This document shows, piece after piece, positions 1 through 11,253 of a stretch of 64,000 nt of DNA. The position numbers and the translations under genes are program-made. The notes beneath the pieces were generated by a model that worked only from the letters and a program-made list of their open reading frames with translations, had not been told where the DNA came from and made no database searches. This stretch comes from an uncultured delta proteobacterium (lineage in GTDB: Bacteria; Myxococcota_A; Polyangia; Polyangiales; Polyangiaceae). Positions within the stretch are counted from its first letter, which is position 1. The number at the start of each line of letters is the position of its first letter. The DNA is taken from the NCBI GenBank assembly GCA_963696385.1, contig CAVOKF010000006.1, positions 64,001-128,000 on the forward strand. The letters run 5' to 3'.

Positions 1-460
1 GCAGCCGGTCGACCAGGACCGGGATCGCCCGAAGGTCACGCAGGCGACCCAGTGCGGTCGCGCACGCCGGGTACGCCTGGATTCGCAGCGCGGACATCAG
101 GGGCTCAACGGCCCTTCGATCGCCGATTTCGCCGAGGTTCTCGGCGATGCGATTGACGACCACGGACTCTGCCTGCGCCAGGACGGAGTCGAGTGGCCGC
201 TCGATCCCGTCTGCCAGCCCACGCAGCAGGGCGTCCACCGCAGACGGCGATCCGATGAGGCCGAGCGCGTCGGCGGCGAGGCTTCGTGGCTGGTCGGTGG
301 ACTCGGAGGGGCCGCGCAGGAGCCGCTCGAGCGGTGGGATTGCACGCGCCCCGAATGCGACCACTTGGGCCAGCTGCTTGGGACCGTCGTGCAGTGTGCG
401 AAGGGCCTCGACGGCTCGCGCGGGCGTGATGAGCTGGCCTGCTGATGACTCCTGAGACAA
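1..460 (-). CDS. HEAT/PBS-lyase repeat protein (runs off window edge)
   Basis: Own translation from TTG at 460 (GGAGG 6 nt upstream): ...AADALGLIGSPSAVDALL...IAENLGEIGDRRAVEPL...ATALGRLRDLRAIPVLV. Confidence 0.8.
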   Translation of the reverse strand, partial: MSQESSAGQLITPARAVEALRTLHDGPKQLAQVVAFGARAIPPLERLLRGPSESTDQPRSLAADALGLIGSPSAVDALLRGLADGIERPLDSVLAQAESVVVNRIAENLGEIGDRRAVEPLMSALRIQAYPACATALGRLRDLRAIPVLVDRL

Positions 461-489
461 GGCTCACCTCCGTGGTGATGACCAGGTCC

Positions 490-543
490 GTAGGAGTCAT
501 CAGCTCGCCTTGCGGTGAGCGATTTCGGTGAACTCCATCACCG
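490..543 (-). promoter_or_regulatory. Fluoride riboswitch (canonical crcB motif)
   Basis: Minus strand CGGTGATGGAGTTCACCGAAATCGCTCACCGCAAGGCGAGCTGATGACTCCTAC: P1, pseudoknot GGAGT/ACTCC, CTGATG. Confidence 0.93.
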
Positions 544-722
544 TGTGGGCGCGGCTTGAACCCACAACCAAAGCATAGCGGATCGGCGGGCCGGTTGCAC
601 TGCTTCGAGGCTGCGCCGCGACGCGACGAGGTCGCCCGCAAGGCCTGCTTCTGACCGCCAAGAGTCGGCGCTCGGTGACCTCTTGCCAGCCAAGTCGCTT
701 CGCGTTAGGCCGAGAACGTCGA

Positions 723-784
723 CGGTGGTGGAGTCCACCGAAACCGTCGCCTCGCACCGGGCGGGGTGAACCAATGACTCCTGC
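723..784 (+). promoter_or_regulatory. Fluoride riboswitch, G.C variant, upstream of antiporter
   Basis: CGGTGGTGGAGTCCACCGAAACCG-hairpin-ACCAATGACTCCTGC. Confidence 0.85.
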
Positions 785-908
785 GGCCTTGGTCTAGGTG
801 CTGCAGAGAGCGGCGCCTTGTCGCTGGAAGCGAGGCGCCCGTGATCCGTACAAAGCCGCGCGCGAAAAGAGGGAACGACGGGTCAGGACCCGTTATCGCG
901 GGGTGGAG

Positions 909-1773
909 GTGAGCTCGCCGTGGCTGCTGGCGGCTGTCTGGCTGGGGCTCGCGCTGCTGGCGACGCTCCTGGCCATTTGGCCGCGACGGTCGCACAGCTC
1001 ATCATTGGCGCCGCCGTGGGCCCTGAGGCGCTCGGTGCAAAACTCCGTGGATCGCGTTCCTTTCTGGGACCGGTGCGATCGTGCTCACATTCCTTGCGGG
1101 CGCCGAGCTCGACCCGGCGGTATTTCGCGCGAAGCTCAAGCCGGCGGCTGGCGCTCGGCCTCGCAGGCTTCTTTGCGCCGTTTTTCGGATGCGCGGCCTT
1201 CGCCCACTACGCGCTTCATTGGCCGACTTCGAGCGCGTGGCTCGTGGGCCGTCATGCTCGAGCTCGGCCTGAACGTGACCGAGTACGGCAAAATGCTGCT
1301 GGCGGCGTGCTTCGTGAACGACATCGGGACGGTGATCGCGCTGGAGCTCATTTTTGCGCCCTCGCTGGTCTCCCGTGGGTGACGCCGCGATTCTTCAAGC
1401 GTTACGGCGGACGGCCGTCGGAGCTCGAGGCCAAGTACCTGCTGCTCCTGCTTTTCGGCTTCGGCGCTCCGGCTTCCTGGGCAGACAGCGCCCCGGTGCT
1501 TCCCGCCTATGTCATCGGGATGATCCTGGCGGGCACCGTGGGCAAGGACCATGTGCTCATCCGGCGGCTCCGCACGCTGACGTTCGGCCTACTCACCCCT
1601 TTCTACTCCATCCGCGCCGGGTCGTTCGTCTCGATCCCCTCTGTGATCGCGGCGCCGCTCGTGTGCATCGCGCTCTTGGCGGTCAAGGTCGCGACCAAAT
1701 CGTGCGCGCTCGCACCGACGTCACACGCACTTGGCTTCCCGCACAGGGAGACGGCCTACACCATCTCGACACG
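909..1773 (+). pseudogene. Cation:proton (Kef/CPA2-type) antiporter, frameshifted and truncated
   Basis: Homologous segments spread over three frames (WLLAAVWLGLALLA; LTFLAGAELDP; YGKMLLAACFVNDIGT; RPSELEAKY; IRRLRTLTFGLLTPFY). Confidence 0.85.
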
Positions 1774-2017
1774 ATGAAGGAGCAATACGAGAAGGAGTTC
1801 GCCGCGCTTCGCGGGCGCGTCGCGGAGCCGAGTGGCCTGCGCACACGGGTCGAGGTCGGCCACCCGGCCGAGCACATCGTGGCCCTCGCGGAGAAGGAAA
1901 AGGCGGACCTCATCGTCATGGGCCGGCGGGGCATACGGCGTCGCCCGGTGGATGCTGGGCTCTGTGTCCGAGCGTGTGCTGCGCTACGCGCATTGCCCGG
2001 TCACCGTCATCAAGTGA
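1774..2017 (+). pseudogene. Universal stress protein, C-terminal half, frameshifted
   Basis: GHPAEHIVALAEKEKADLIVMGRRG then frame change to MLGSVSERVLRYAHCPVTVIK. Confidence 0.85.
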
Positions 2018-2072
2018 CGCCCGGACCCGAGGTTGCAGCGGTCAGTGGTTTGGGGTACGTAGAGTCACAAGC

Positions 2073-2128
2073 GGTGGTGGAGTCCACCCAAACCGCCGCC
2101 TCCGGCTGAGGCGGCCAATGACTCCTGC
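2073..2128 (+). promoter_or_regulatory. Fluoride riboswitch, G.C variant, upstream of crcB
   Basis: GGTGGTGGAGTCCACCCAAACC-GCCGCCTC/GAGGCGGC-CAATGACTCCTGC. Confidence 0.9.
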
Positions 2129-2191
2129 GGATGCGCCGTGGCACCGTAGGAAGTACGCCATCGGCGCCCCGAATCGTTGGAGGCGAGTGCG

Positions 2192-2575
2192 ATGGCGAGA
2201 GTGCTTCTTATCGGATTGGCGGGCGCGCTCGGAACGCTGGCGCGCTACGGCATCGGCCTTTGGTCGGGCAAGGCGCTCGGCACGGCCCTGCCGTATGGAA
2301 CGTTCATTGTGAACGTTACCGGGTGTTTTCTCATCGCGCTGGTCTCGCAGATCGCCATCTCGACCACGCTCATCTCGCCGACGCTGCGGCTCACGCTCAC
2401 GACGGGGTTCATGGGGGGCCTGACGACGTACTCGAGCTTCAACTACGAAACCACCAACCTGTTGCGTGAGCGCGGGCTTGGCGAGGGGCTCACGAATCTC
2501 GTGTTGACCCTGGTTGCCTGCTTCGTCGCAGGGATGCTGGGGTTGATGACGGCCCGGCGGCTGGTCGCCGAGTGA
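2192..2575 (+). CDS. crcB: Fluoride efflux channel Fluc/CrcB
   Basis: GALGTLARY, PYGTFIVNVTGCF, TGFMGGLTTYSSF motifs; 4 hydrophobic segments; riboswitch upstream. Confidence 0.95.
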   Translation: MARVLLIGLAGALGTLARYGIGLWSGKALGTALPYGTFIVNVTGCFLIALVSQIAISTTLISPTLRLTLTTGFMGGLTTYSSFNYETTNLLRERGLGEGLTNLVLTLVACFVAGMLGLMTARRLVAE

Positions 2576-2591
2576 GGGACTGGAGGGCACC

Positions 2592-2993
2592 ATGCGAGTG
2601 TTGGACGGAGAGCAACTGCTTGTGCGGATCTTCATTGGCGAGGATGCGAAGTGGCATCACACGCCTCTGGAACGGGCGCTGCTCGAGCGACTGCGCCGTG
2701 AGGGTTTCGCCGGAACGAGCGTGTTTCGGGGTATCGCGGGCTTCGGCGCCTCGAGCATCATTCACACGGCGCATCTCGTCGACCTGTCCTCCGACCTGCC
2801 CATCCTGATCGAAGTCGTGGACGACCAGGAGCACATCGACAAGCTGATCCCGATCCTCGACGAGATGGTGACGGGCGGCGCGCTCATCACGATGGAGCGG
2901 GTACGGGTCATCCGGTACGCGCCCGCCAAGCATGGATCGGACATCCCTCCTCCGCCGCCGAGCTCGGTGCCTGGCGCATTGCCCAAAGGCTAG
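2592..2993 (+). CDS. DUF190 (PII-like) protein
   Basis: RIFIGE, GTSVFRGIAGFG, LSSDLPILIEVVD; usual crcB neighbour. Confidence 0.9.
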   Translation: MRVLDGEQLLVRIFIGEDAKWHHTPLERALLERLRREGFAGTSVFRGIAGFGASSIIHTAHLVDLSSDLPILIEVVDDQEHIDKLIPILDEMVTGGALITMERVRVIRYAPAKHGSDIPPPPPSSVPGALPKG

Positions 2994-2996
2994 CGA

Positions 2997-3542
2997 ATGC
3001 ATCCTTGGCACGACGTCTCGCTGGGGGAAAGCGCCGGCCATGGCTTCACGGCGGTCGTGGAAACTCCGCGCGACTCGCGCGTGCAGTACGGCCTCGACCT
3101 GCGGAGAGGTCTCTTGCGCGTCAAGCGCGTGCTCTTCAGCGCCGTGCAGTACCCCGCCAACTACGGGTTCGCGCCCCGAACGCTGGCCGAACACGAGGAT
3201 CCCGTCGACGTCCTTGGGATGGGTCAGGAGCCGAGCCATCCGCTGAGCGTCGAGCGAGCGCGCGCCGTCGGTCTCTTGCGCATGGTTCAAAGCGGCGGTC
3301 GCGACGACAAGATCCTTACCGTTCACATCGACGATCCCGCGGTCGAATCGTACCGCGAATGTAAGCAGCTGCCGCCCTCCCAGCTCGCCGAGATCGAGAA
3401 GTTCTTCCGCGACTATCGGGCGCTGGAGCGGGTGGAGATCCGCACCCTCGGATTGGGCGATGCACGCGAGGCGATGCAGCACCTTGCCGAGGGTGCCTCG
3501 GCCTACGCGGCGCGCATGGAGCATGGGCGAGCGAGCGCCTGA
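2997..3542 (+). CDS. ppa: Family I inorganic pyrophosphatase homolog with degenerate active site
   Basis: HPWHD, YPANYGF, DPVD, DDKI, FFRDY motifs. Confidence 0.85.
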   Translation: MHPWHDVSLGESAGHGFTAVVETPRDSRVQYGLDLRRGLLRVKRVLFSAVQYPANYGFAPRTLAEHEDPVDVLGMGQEPSHPLSVERARAVGLLRMVQSGGRDDKILTVHIDDPAVESYRECKQLPPSQLAEIEKFFRDYRALERVEIRTLGLGDAREAMQHLAEGASAYAARMEHGRASA

Positions 3543-5226
3543 TCCGTTCGACGTGCTGGCCGAGGCCGCACGGGAGCTGGGCGACGACGCGACATTCGCC
3601 GACCTCGTGGCGCTCCGGCGTCGCCTGGACGAGGGCCGGTTCTTCGTGGCGTGCGTCGGTCAGTTCAAGCGGGGCAAGTCCACGCTGGTCAACGCGCTCG
3701 TGGAGGCGGCCGTCTTGCCCGTGGGCGTCGTCCCTGTGACGGCAGTCATCACGGTCGTTCGTCACGGCCCGGAGTTTCGTGCACGGGTGCGCACGGAGGA
3801 TGCTGCAGACTGGGTCAATGTTCGCGTGGGTTCCCTTGACGAGTACGTGACCGAGGCCAAAAACCCCCAGAACGAGAGGCGTGTTCGTGCCGTCGAGGTG
3901 GATGTGCCGGCCGCGCTGCTCGCGTCCGGGATGTGCCTGGTGGACACGCCCGGGCTCGGCTCCGTGTTCGCGGGCAACACGGCGGCCACGCGCGAATTCG
4001 TGCCGCACATCGACGCGGCTCTCGTCGTCCTCGGGGCCGACCCGCCCATCTCGGGACAGGAGCTCGACCTCGTCGCCGAAGTCGCACGGCAGGTCGAGCC
4101 CCTCGTGTTCGTCATCAACAAGGCCGACCGCCTGTCGGCGGCCGACATCGAGCAAGCTCAATCCTTCACCCGCGAGGTGGTCGCCAAGCGCCTTGGGCGT
4201 GCAGCGCCCGAAGTGCTCGTCGTGAGCGCCACCGAACGTCTCGCGGGCCACCGGTCGCGCGACTGGGACGCGCTCGAGGGCGTGCTCGGGGCGCTCGCGC
4301 GCGATGCAGGGGCCGATCTGGTGGAAGCCGCCAGGCGCCGCGGCCTTTTGCGGGCGACGACGCACCTTTCGGGTGGGATCGAGGAACACAGGGCGGCCCT
4401 GCTCCGGCCAATCGAAGAGTCGGAGCGACGTGTCGAAGCCCTATCGCGCGCGATCGCAGACGCCGAGCGCGCGCTAGGGGAACTGGAGCCGCTTTTTCGG
4501 GTCGAGGAAGAGGCATTGCGGCGCGGACTCGAAGCCCGGCGAGCGGCGTTTCTGCAGGGCGCGGCCGACAACGCCGTCCGAACGCTTCGCGCGCGCCTCG
4601 AGGCGACGGCAGAGCCAGCGGCCGCGCTGCACTCGAGAGTGTACGAGCTCGCGCAGGACCTCGCGCGAGAGCACGTCGAAGCGTGGGCGCATAGCGTGCG
4701 GCCCGATGCGGAGGTCGCCTACCGCAAGGTCACGGATCGCTTCGTAGCGCTGGGCAACGACTTCTTGCGCCGCCTGAAGTTGGCCGATCCCGACGCGTTC
4801 GCGGCTCTGCCCTCGGAGCTCGAGCCGGAAACGGGCCTCCGCGCTCGATCGGAATTCTTCTTCACCGAAATGCTCACGATCGCGGCGCCGCCCCCTGGCC
4901 TCGGGCTCCTTGACGCGCTGCGTTCCCGCGAACGGGCGCTCCGGGCCGCCCATAGGCGCGCTTCGCCGTATCTTCTGCGCCTGCTCGAGACGAACAGCGC
5001 GCGCGTCATCAACGATCTGGGCAGCCGCGTGCGCGAGAGCGGCCGAAGCCTTCGGAGCGACATCGCCTCGCGGCTTCGCGCGGTGGCGACCACCGCGAAG
5101 AAGAGTGCGGATTGGGCGCGAGCCTCGCAAGCACGTGGCGACGAGTCAGTCCGCGCCGAGCTCGCGCGACTCGACGCGCTTGCCCAGCATATCGCCACCG
5201 TCGAGCGACTCGGACGCGCAGTCTAG
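3523..5226 (+). CDS. Bacterial dynamin-like GTPase
   Basis: G1 GQFKRGKS, G2 VPVT, G3 DTPG, G4 NKAD, then long helical region. Confidence 0.85.
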   Translation: MGERAPDPFDVLAEAARELGDDATFADLVALRRRLDEGRFFVACVGQFKRGKSTLVNALVEAAVLPVGVVPVTAVITVVRHGPEFRARVRTEDAADWVNVRVGSLDEYVTEAKNPQNERRVRAVEVDVPAALLASGMCLVDTPGLGSVFAGNTAATREFVPHIDAALVVLGADPPISGQELDLVAEVARQVEPLVFVINKADRLSAADIEQAQSFTREVVAKRLGRAAPEVLVVSATERLAGHRSRDWDALEGVLGALARDAGADLVEAARRRGLLRATTHLSGGIEEHRAALLRPIEESERRVEALSRAIADAERALGELEPLFRVEEEALRRGLEARRAAFLQGAADNAVRTLRARLEATAEPAAALHSRVYELAQDLAREHVEAWAHSVRPDAEVAYRKVTDRFVALGNDFLRRLKLADPDAFAALPSELEPETGLRARSEFFFTEMLTIAAPPPGLGLLDALRSRERALRAAHRRASPYLLRLLETNSARVINDLGSRVRESGRSLRSDIASRLRAVATTAKKSADWARASQARGDESVRAELARLDALAQHIATVERLGRAV

Positions 5227-5253
5227 AGGTGGCCCCCGCGCATGCCGGAGGGA

Positions 5254-6498
5254 TCAGCATGGCGGCGTGGCGTCCGGAAGTGGCCCCGCTCGCCCCGAGG
5301 GTCCGCCGGACAGGATGACGACTGCACCAAGCAGCGACGTGGCCAGCACGAGCGACATCGCGGCGACCGGCTGGATCGCCCAAAGTGCGCCGACGAGGAC
5401 ACTGGAGACGAGATCGCCGATGCCGTTGACGGTGGCGAGGAGACCGAAACCGGTGCCGCGGATTGGCTCCGGCACAAGGCCGGCGGCGGTCGTGCTCTCT
5501 ACCGTTTCCCAGAACCCCATATAGAGGCCCGAGACGCCAAAGACGACGCCAAACTTGGAGAACGAATCGCCCGGCGCAAGCAAGGCAAGCGCCGGGACGG
5601 CCGCAATCAAATACCCCGCGGCGAGGACGCGGCGGGGGGGAAAGCGATCGGCCAGGGCCCCTGCGACGGAGCAGGCTGCCGTGTAGACGACGTTGTACCC
5701 GACGTAGTACGCCATCGCGAGAGTCGCCGCGTGGCCATGGCCTAGGCGAGGCGCCCACGCTTGCGTCGCGAACAGGATGAGCAAGGTCTTGGAGAAGTCC
5801 CCGAGACCGGCGATTCCAACGCCGAGGAGGAACCGACGGAAGACCGGTGGCAGCTCCTGCCAATCGCCGAGACGACGCGCGGAGGGGGCAGGCGCGTGGG
5901 GCTTTTCTTGGACCGCGAAGGTGATGAGAAATGCGGCGAGCAGGCCGGGGACAAGAGTGAGCGCGAATGTCATGCGCGTCCCGAGCGCGGTCGACACACC
6001 GAGCGCCAGAAGCGGGCCGACGACAGCCCCTGCGCTGTCCATCGAGCGTTCAAGGCCGAAGGCGCGCCCGCGCGTCTCGTTGGTCGTGGCTTCGGTGAGA
6101 AGGACGTTGCGGACCGGTGTCCGCATGCCTCGACCCAGCCAGCCGAAGACGCGACCGACCAGGACGTGCCAGGTGCTCGTCGCGAAGGCGAAACTGGCCA
6201 TGCCCGAAGCGGTCATGAAGTAGCCCACCACCGCGAGCGGCTTGCGGTGCTTGAGCCGGTCCGAGGTGACGCCGGACGCAAGCTTGGCAAAGCTCGAGAG
6301 ACCGTCGGCGAGGCCCTCGATGAGGCCCAGGGCGCCCGCGCCCGCGCCGAAACCGGCCAGCAGCGCGGGCATCACGGTCGTGGCCATCTCGTGGCCGACA
6401 TCGGACAGCAAGCTCGCGAGGCCGATGGCGAGAACGGTTCGGTTCAGCCAACCGGTGCGGGCGCGCGTGGGTGGGAGCCCGGCTTGCGTCGGAGCCAT
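5254..6498 (-). CDS. MFS transporter
   Basis: About 12 hydrophobic segments; SDRLKHRKP and GALADRF motif A. Confidence 0.9.
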   Translation of the reverse strand: MAPTQAGLPPTRARTGWLNRTVLAIGLASLLSDVGHEMATTVMPALLAGFGAGAGALGLIEGLADGLSSFAKLASGVTSDRLKHRKPLAVVGYFMTASGMASFAFATSTWHVLVGRVFGWLGRGMRTPVRNVLLTEATTNETRGRAFGLERSMDSAGAVVGPLLALGVSTALGTRMTFALTLVPGLLAAFLITFAVQEKPHAPAPSARRLGDWQELPPVFRRFLLGVGIAGLGDFSKTLLILFATQAWAPRLGHGHAATLAMAYYVGYNVVYTAACSVAGALADRFPPRRVLAAGYLIAAVPALALLAPGDSFSKFGVVFGVSGLYMGFWETVESTTAAGLVPEPIRGTGFGLLATVNGIGDLVSSVLVGALWAIQPVAAMSLVLATSLLGAVVILSGGPSGRAGPLPDATPPC

Positions 6499-6546
6499 GT
6501 CACCGATGGAAGGAGTCCTGCAGCCCTGCGGAAAGAGATTCCTACG

Positions 6547-7955
<1,409 letters not shown>

Positions 7956-8160
7956 AAGGCCCTCGCTACTGCAAACGGGAACGCACCGCAAGAGCCGCGG
8001 AGACGAAGCGACCTCATGGTTCGCGCGCATTGACGCGGCTCCACTCGTGATTGGCGCGGCACGACGCGCGCGTGCCCCGCGATGCTCGGGGCGCTCAGGG
8101 CTGGAGTCGAGCAGGGCAAGGGCCTGCCTGAGGACTTCAAGAGCGTCGGGTCGGGCGCGG

Positions 8161-8865
8161 TCATCGATAGCGCTCGGCGGCACGGATGACCGAGCCGGTA
8201 CGGAGCCAGTCGACTCGCGGTTGTCCGCCGCGCCACGAGCTCGGGTCCAAGAGTGCATCGGCGAAGTCGACCGCGCGCCCAGGAAGTCCCTCGGTCGCCG
8301 CGACGAGCGCTCGGAATTCTTCGCGGCCGAGAGCAAAGGGTAGCGAACGCGCCGTGAGGAGCGACCCGAGGAGCGCGCGAATCGAGCTTCCGTGCAGGGG
8401 TGTGAGCTCCATCTCGCGGTGGGATAGCGCGAGGCCGCGAACCCGATCGCGGTCCCGCGGCTGATCGACGTCGGCGGCCAATGCGATGCCGAGGCCCATT
8501 CCACGCACAGCTTTGAGAGCCCCTTTGAACGCGGTTCCCGTGCGGCCGAGATCGTCCAAGAGCAGCATTCCTGGGGCGCGCTCGGCGGCGATGCGCAACC
8601 GACCGCGCCACTGACGCTGCGTCGCTGCGGGAGCCACGGAGGGGTAGGCTCGGCCGAGGGCCTGGGTGAAATCGGCCAGCGAAGCGGTGCGGATGGCGAG
8701 CCCGCAGGGTCGCTCGCGCTGGCGCGCGCGGCGCTCGAGGGCGCGCAAGAGGGCGGACTTGCCCACGCCCACCGGACCATAAAGGACGACGACCTCGCCG
8801 TCGTCGAGCCACGCGCCGAGGGTCGCGAGCGATTGCTCGCGGCCAAGGAGAGTTTGGGCGGTCAT
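8161..8865 (-). CDS. Small P-loop (AAA-like) ATPase
   Basis: Walker A GPVGVGKS, Walker B LLLDD; ATGA overlap with upstream gene. Confidence 0.75.
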   Translation of the reverse strand: MTAQTLLGREQSLATLGAWLDDGEVVVLYGPVGVGKSALLRALERRARQRERPCGLAIRTASLADFTQALGRAYPSVAPAATQRQWRGRLRIAAERAPGMLLLDDLGRTGTAFKGALKAVRGMGLGIALAADVDQPRDRDRVRGLALSHREMELTPLHGSSIRALLGSLLTARSLPFALGREEFRALVAATEGLPGRAVDFADALLDPSSWRGGQPRVDWLRTGSVIRAAERYR

Positions 8866-10529
8866 CGGTCCGCGAGGATCCGCGCGTCGGCTTCGAGCGG
8901 ATCGTCGGAGACAAGGTGGACCCCGTGCTCGCCGAGTCGGCGCGCGGCCGCGGCCGCGCGGGGGTCGCTCGCATCGGTCCGTGCGGCGTGATCGACCAGG
9001 AGCGCGAGTTCGAGGGAACGGCCGAGCATCAGCGAGAATCGTCTCGCACCGGCCTCGAGCACCGCGGGACCCGCGGTATGGCCGCGTTCGAACCACGCGC
9101 GGGCGTGTGCGACGGCGCTCTGGGCCGCTCGCGCCGCTCGTGTGCAGCCGCTCGGGGCCCCATGCGACAGGCACCGGGTGATCTCGCGCTCGACCAGAGA
9201 AAGGCCCCCGAGTTTGGACAGCACGTGAACGACGTCGAGCGAGAGAACGTTGGTCGTGCCCTCCCAAATGGGGAGCACTTGCGCGTCGCGGAGGAGGTGC
9301 GGCACGCCCGTGTCTTCCACATACCCCGCACCGCCGAAGGCCTCGAGGACCTCGCTGGCCACCGCGACGGCTTGCTTCGCCGTGGTCAGCTTGGCGAGCG
9401 CCGTGAGGAGACGCAGGAGACTGCGCTCTTCCTCCTCGAGAAGGTTGGCCTCCTCGCGCCCGAGAAGCTCGACGACCCGGAATGCAAGGAGGAGCGCGCC
9501 GAACGCCTCGGCTTCCAGTCCTGGCAGCGTGTCGAGGTGAAGCGGCTTGTGCAAAAGGGGAGCGCCGAATGCGACGCGCCGATGTGCGTAGCCGCGAGCG
9601 AGATCGAGTCCGCGTCGCATCTCGGCGCAAGCCAAGACGGCATTCCACGTCCGAGTCACGTTGAGCATCGGCGCGATGTGGTTGATGCCACTCGAAAGCC
9701 CGACGACGGGGATGGCCGGCACGCCGTCAAGCGTGAGCTCCGCGGTAGGCAGCATGCGAGTGCCCAGCTTGTCTTTGAGCCGGTTGACGAAGATGTGGCA
9801 AAGGCGGCCCTCGTCGTCGCGGGGCTCGAGGTAAAAGAGCGCAAGACCCTCGCCGCCAGAGGGATTGCCTTGCGGCCTCGCGAGCGTCAGCGCGACCTCG
9901 GAGGTCGCGGCGCTGGTGAACCCTTTGGTCCCAAAGAGGCGCCAGTGCTCGCCGTCTTTGCGGGCGACGGTCTCGGAATTCGACACGTCGGAGCCGCCGA
10001 CGCGTTCGGTCATCCACTGCCCGCTCGTCCACGCGCGTGCGGGGTCGCGGCTCGTAAGTTGCGGGACGGCGCGATCGATGAGCGCGCGGTTGCGATGGAC
10101 GATGAGGGTTCTGGCGGCGCCGTCCGTCATCGCGAGCGGGCAGGCGTACATTTCCGTTGATCCGTGAAAAAGATAGGCGAGCGCGAACTGATGGATGCGC
10201 GCGTGGGCGCCGTGTCTTCGTTCGTAGGCGGTCGCCACGACGCCTCGCTCCGCCGCGATGCGCGCGGCTTCGTGCCAGACCGGCGTCACGTCGATGCGGT
10301 CGATTCGGCGACCCCAGGCGTCCCACGCCGTCAGCTTCGGTTCCGAACCGCGATGCTTCTGTTGCAGCTCGAAGAGAGGGCCGGCCGACAGCGCGCCCAT
10401 CTCGAGGAGCTCCGGTTCGACGGCGCGGTAGACGTCGTGCGGAAGGGCATGGCGCAGGTACGAGACGAGCGCGCAATCGGCCGTGTAGGCCTTGGCCAGC
10501 GCGGGAGGGCTTTGGAAGAACGGCTGCAT
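8862..10529 (-). CDS. Acyl-CoA dehydrogenase (AidB-like)
   Basis: GQWMTERVGGSDV, LKDKLG, FGGAGYVED, IWEGTTNV. Confidence 0.92.
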   Translation of the reverse strand: MQPFFQSPPALAKAYTADCALVSYLRHALPHDVYRAVEPELLEMGALSAGPLFELQQKHRGSEPKLTAWDAWGRRIDRIDVTPVWHEAARIAAERGVVATAYERRHGAHARIHQFALAYLFHGSTEMYACPLAMTDGAARTLIVHRNRALIDRAVPQLTSRDPARAWTSGQWMTERVGGSDVSNSETVARKDGEHWRLFGTKGFTSAATSEVALTLARPQGNPSGGEGLALFYLEPRDDEGRLCHIFVNRLKDKLGTRMLPTAELTLDGVPAIPVVGLSSGINHIAPMLNVTRTWNAVLACAEMRRGLDLARGYAHRRVAFGAPLLHKPLHLDTLPGLEAEAFGALLLAFRVVELLGREEANLLEEEERSLLRLLTALAKLTTAKQAVAVASEVLEAFGGAGYVEDTGVPHLLRDAQVLPIWEGTTNVLSLDVVHVLSKLGGLSLVEREITRCLSHGAPSGCTRAARAAQSAVAHARAWFERGHTAGPAVLEAGARRFSLMLGRSLELALLVDHAARTDASDPRAAAAARRLGEHGVHLVSDDPLEADARILADR

Positions 10530-10582
10530 GGCTCGGTCGCGCTGGGGTACGCCGGCACGGGGCGCCGGGTCCCGGGGTCCTT

Positions 10583-10958
10583 TCATGGGAGGTTCATCCA
10601 CAAGAGGCGGGGAGGATCGCAGAGAAGAGCTGTGGTCGAGGCATGCGCGACCGCGATGCGATGGATTGCGGCCACCGGCGCACCGAGCACCCTGCAGACG
10701 GCAACTCGGATGATGGCATCATGTGTGACCGCGAGCACGGTGGCGCCGGGATGCGCTCGGCTGGTGCGTGCGACGAAAGCCATGATGCGGTTGAGCGCCG
10801 TAAGGACGCTCTCGCCGCCAGGAAAATGCATGCCTCCTGGATCGCGCTGCCAGGTGGTGAACAGGGGTCGGCCACGCGGCAGCGGCCTGCTGCTCGGTCT
10901 TGCCTGCCCATTCGCCGTAGTCGAGGTCGTCGAGATCCGGCTCGACCTGGGCTTTGGG
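10583..10958 (-). pseudogene. Histidine phosphatase family, C-terminal remnant
   Basis: LDDLDYGEWAG, frameshift, FPGGES...AVTHDAIIR; RHG N-terminus missing. Confidence 0.75.
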
Positions 10959-11044
10959 GCATGGGCACGGTCTACGAGGCCAAAGACGAGCTGCTGCAAA
11001 AGGTCGTCGCGCTTCGCGCCATGGCCTGGTCGAGTCGGTCGAGA

Positions 11045-11216
11045 CGCCGCAAGATAAGCGCCCGTCGCTCGTGCCGTCGAGGTACTGGCGCAACGCGTCC
11101 TCGAGTACCGCGCGCTCCGAAAGCCCACTGGCGGCGGAGTATTTGCTGAGTCGGTCGCGAAGCGCAACGGTGAGACGCGTGCTGACCCGGACGCGCCGGA
11201 CTTTGGAGGGGACCAT
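11045..11216 (-). pseudogene. Ribbon-helix-helix (CopG-like) regulator fragment
   Basis: VRVSTRLTVALRDRLSKYSAASGLSERAVLEDALRQYL, next to relaxase remnant. Confidence 0.55.
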
Positions 11217-11253
11217 GGCGAAAACTCCGATGGGATTGCCCTGCGGTGGGCCG

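Noticed and set aside
441..455. Fifth, plus-strand fluoride riboswitch
   Set aside because: Only the 3' motif; explained as the anti-aptamer of the minus-strand switch
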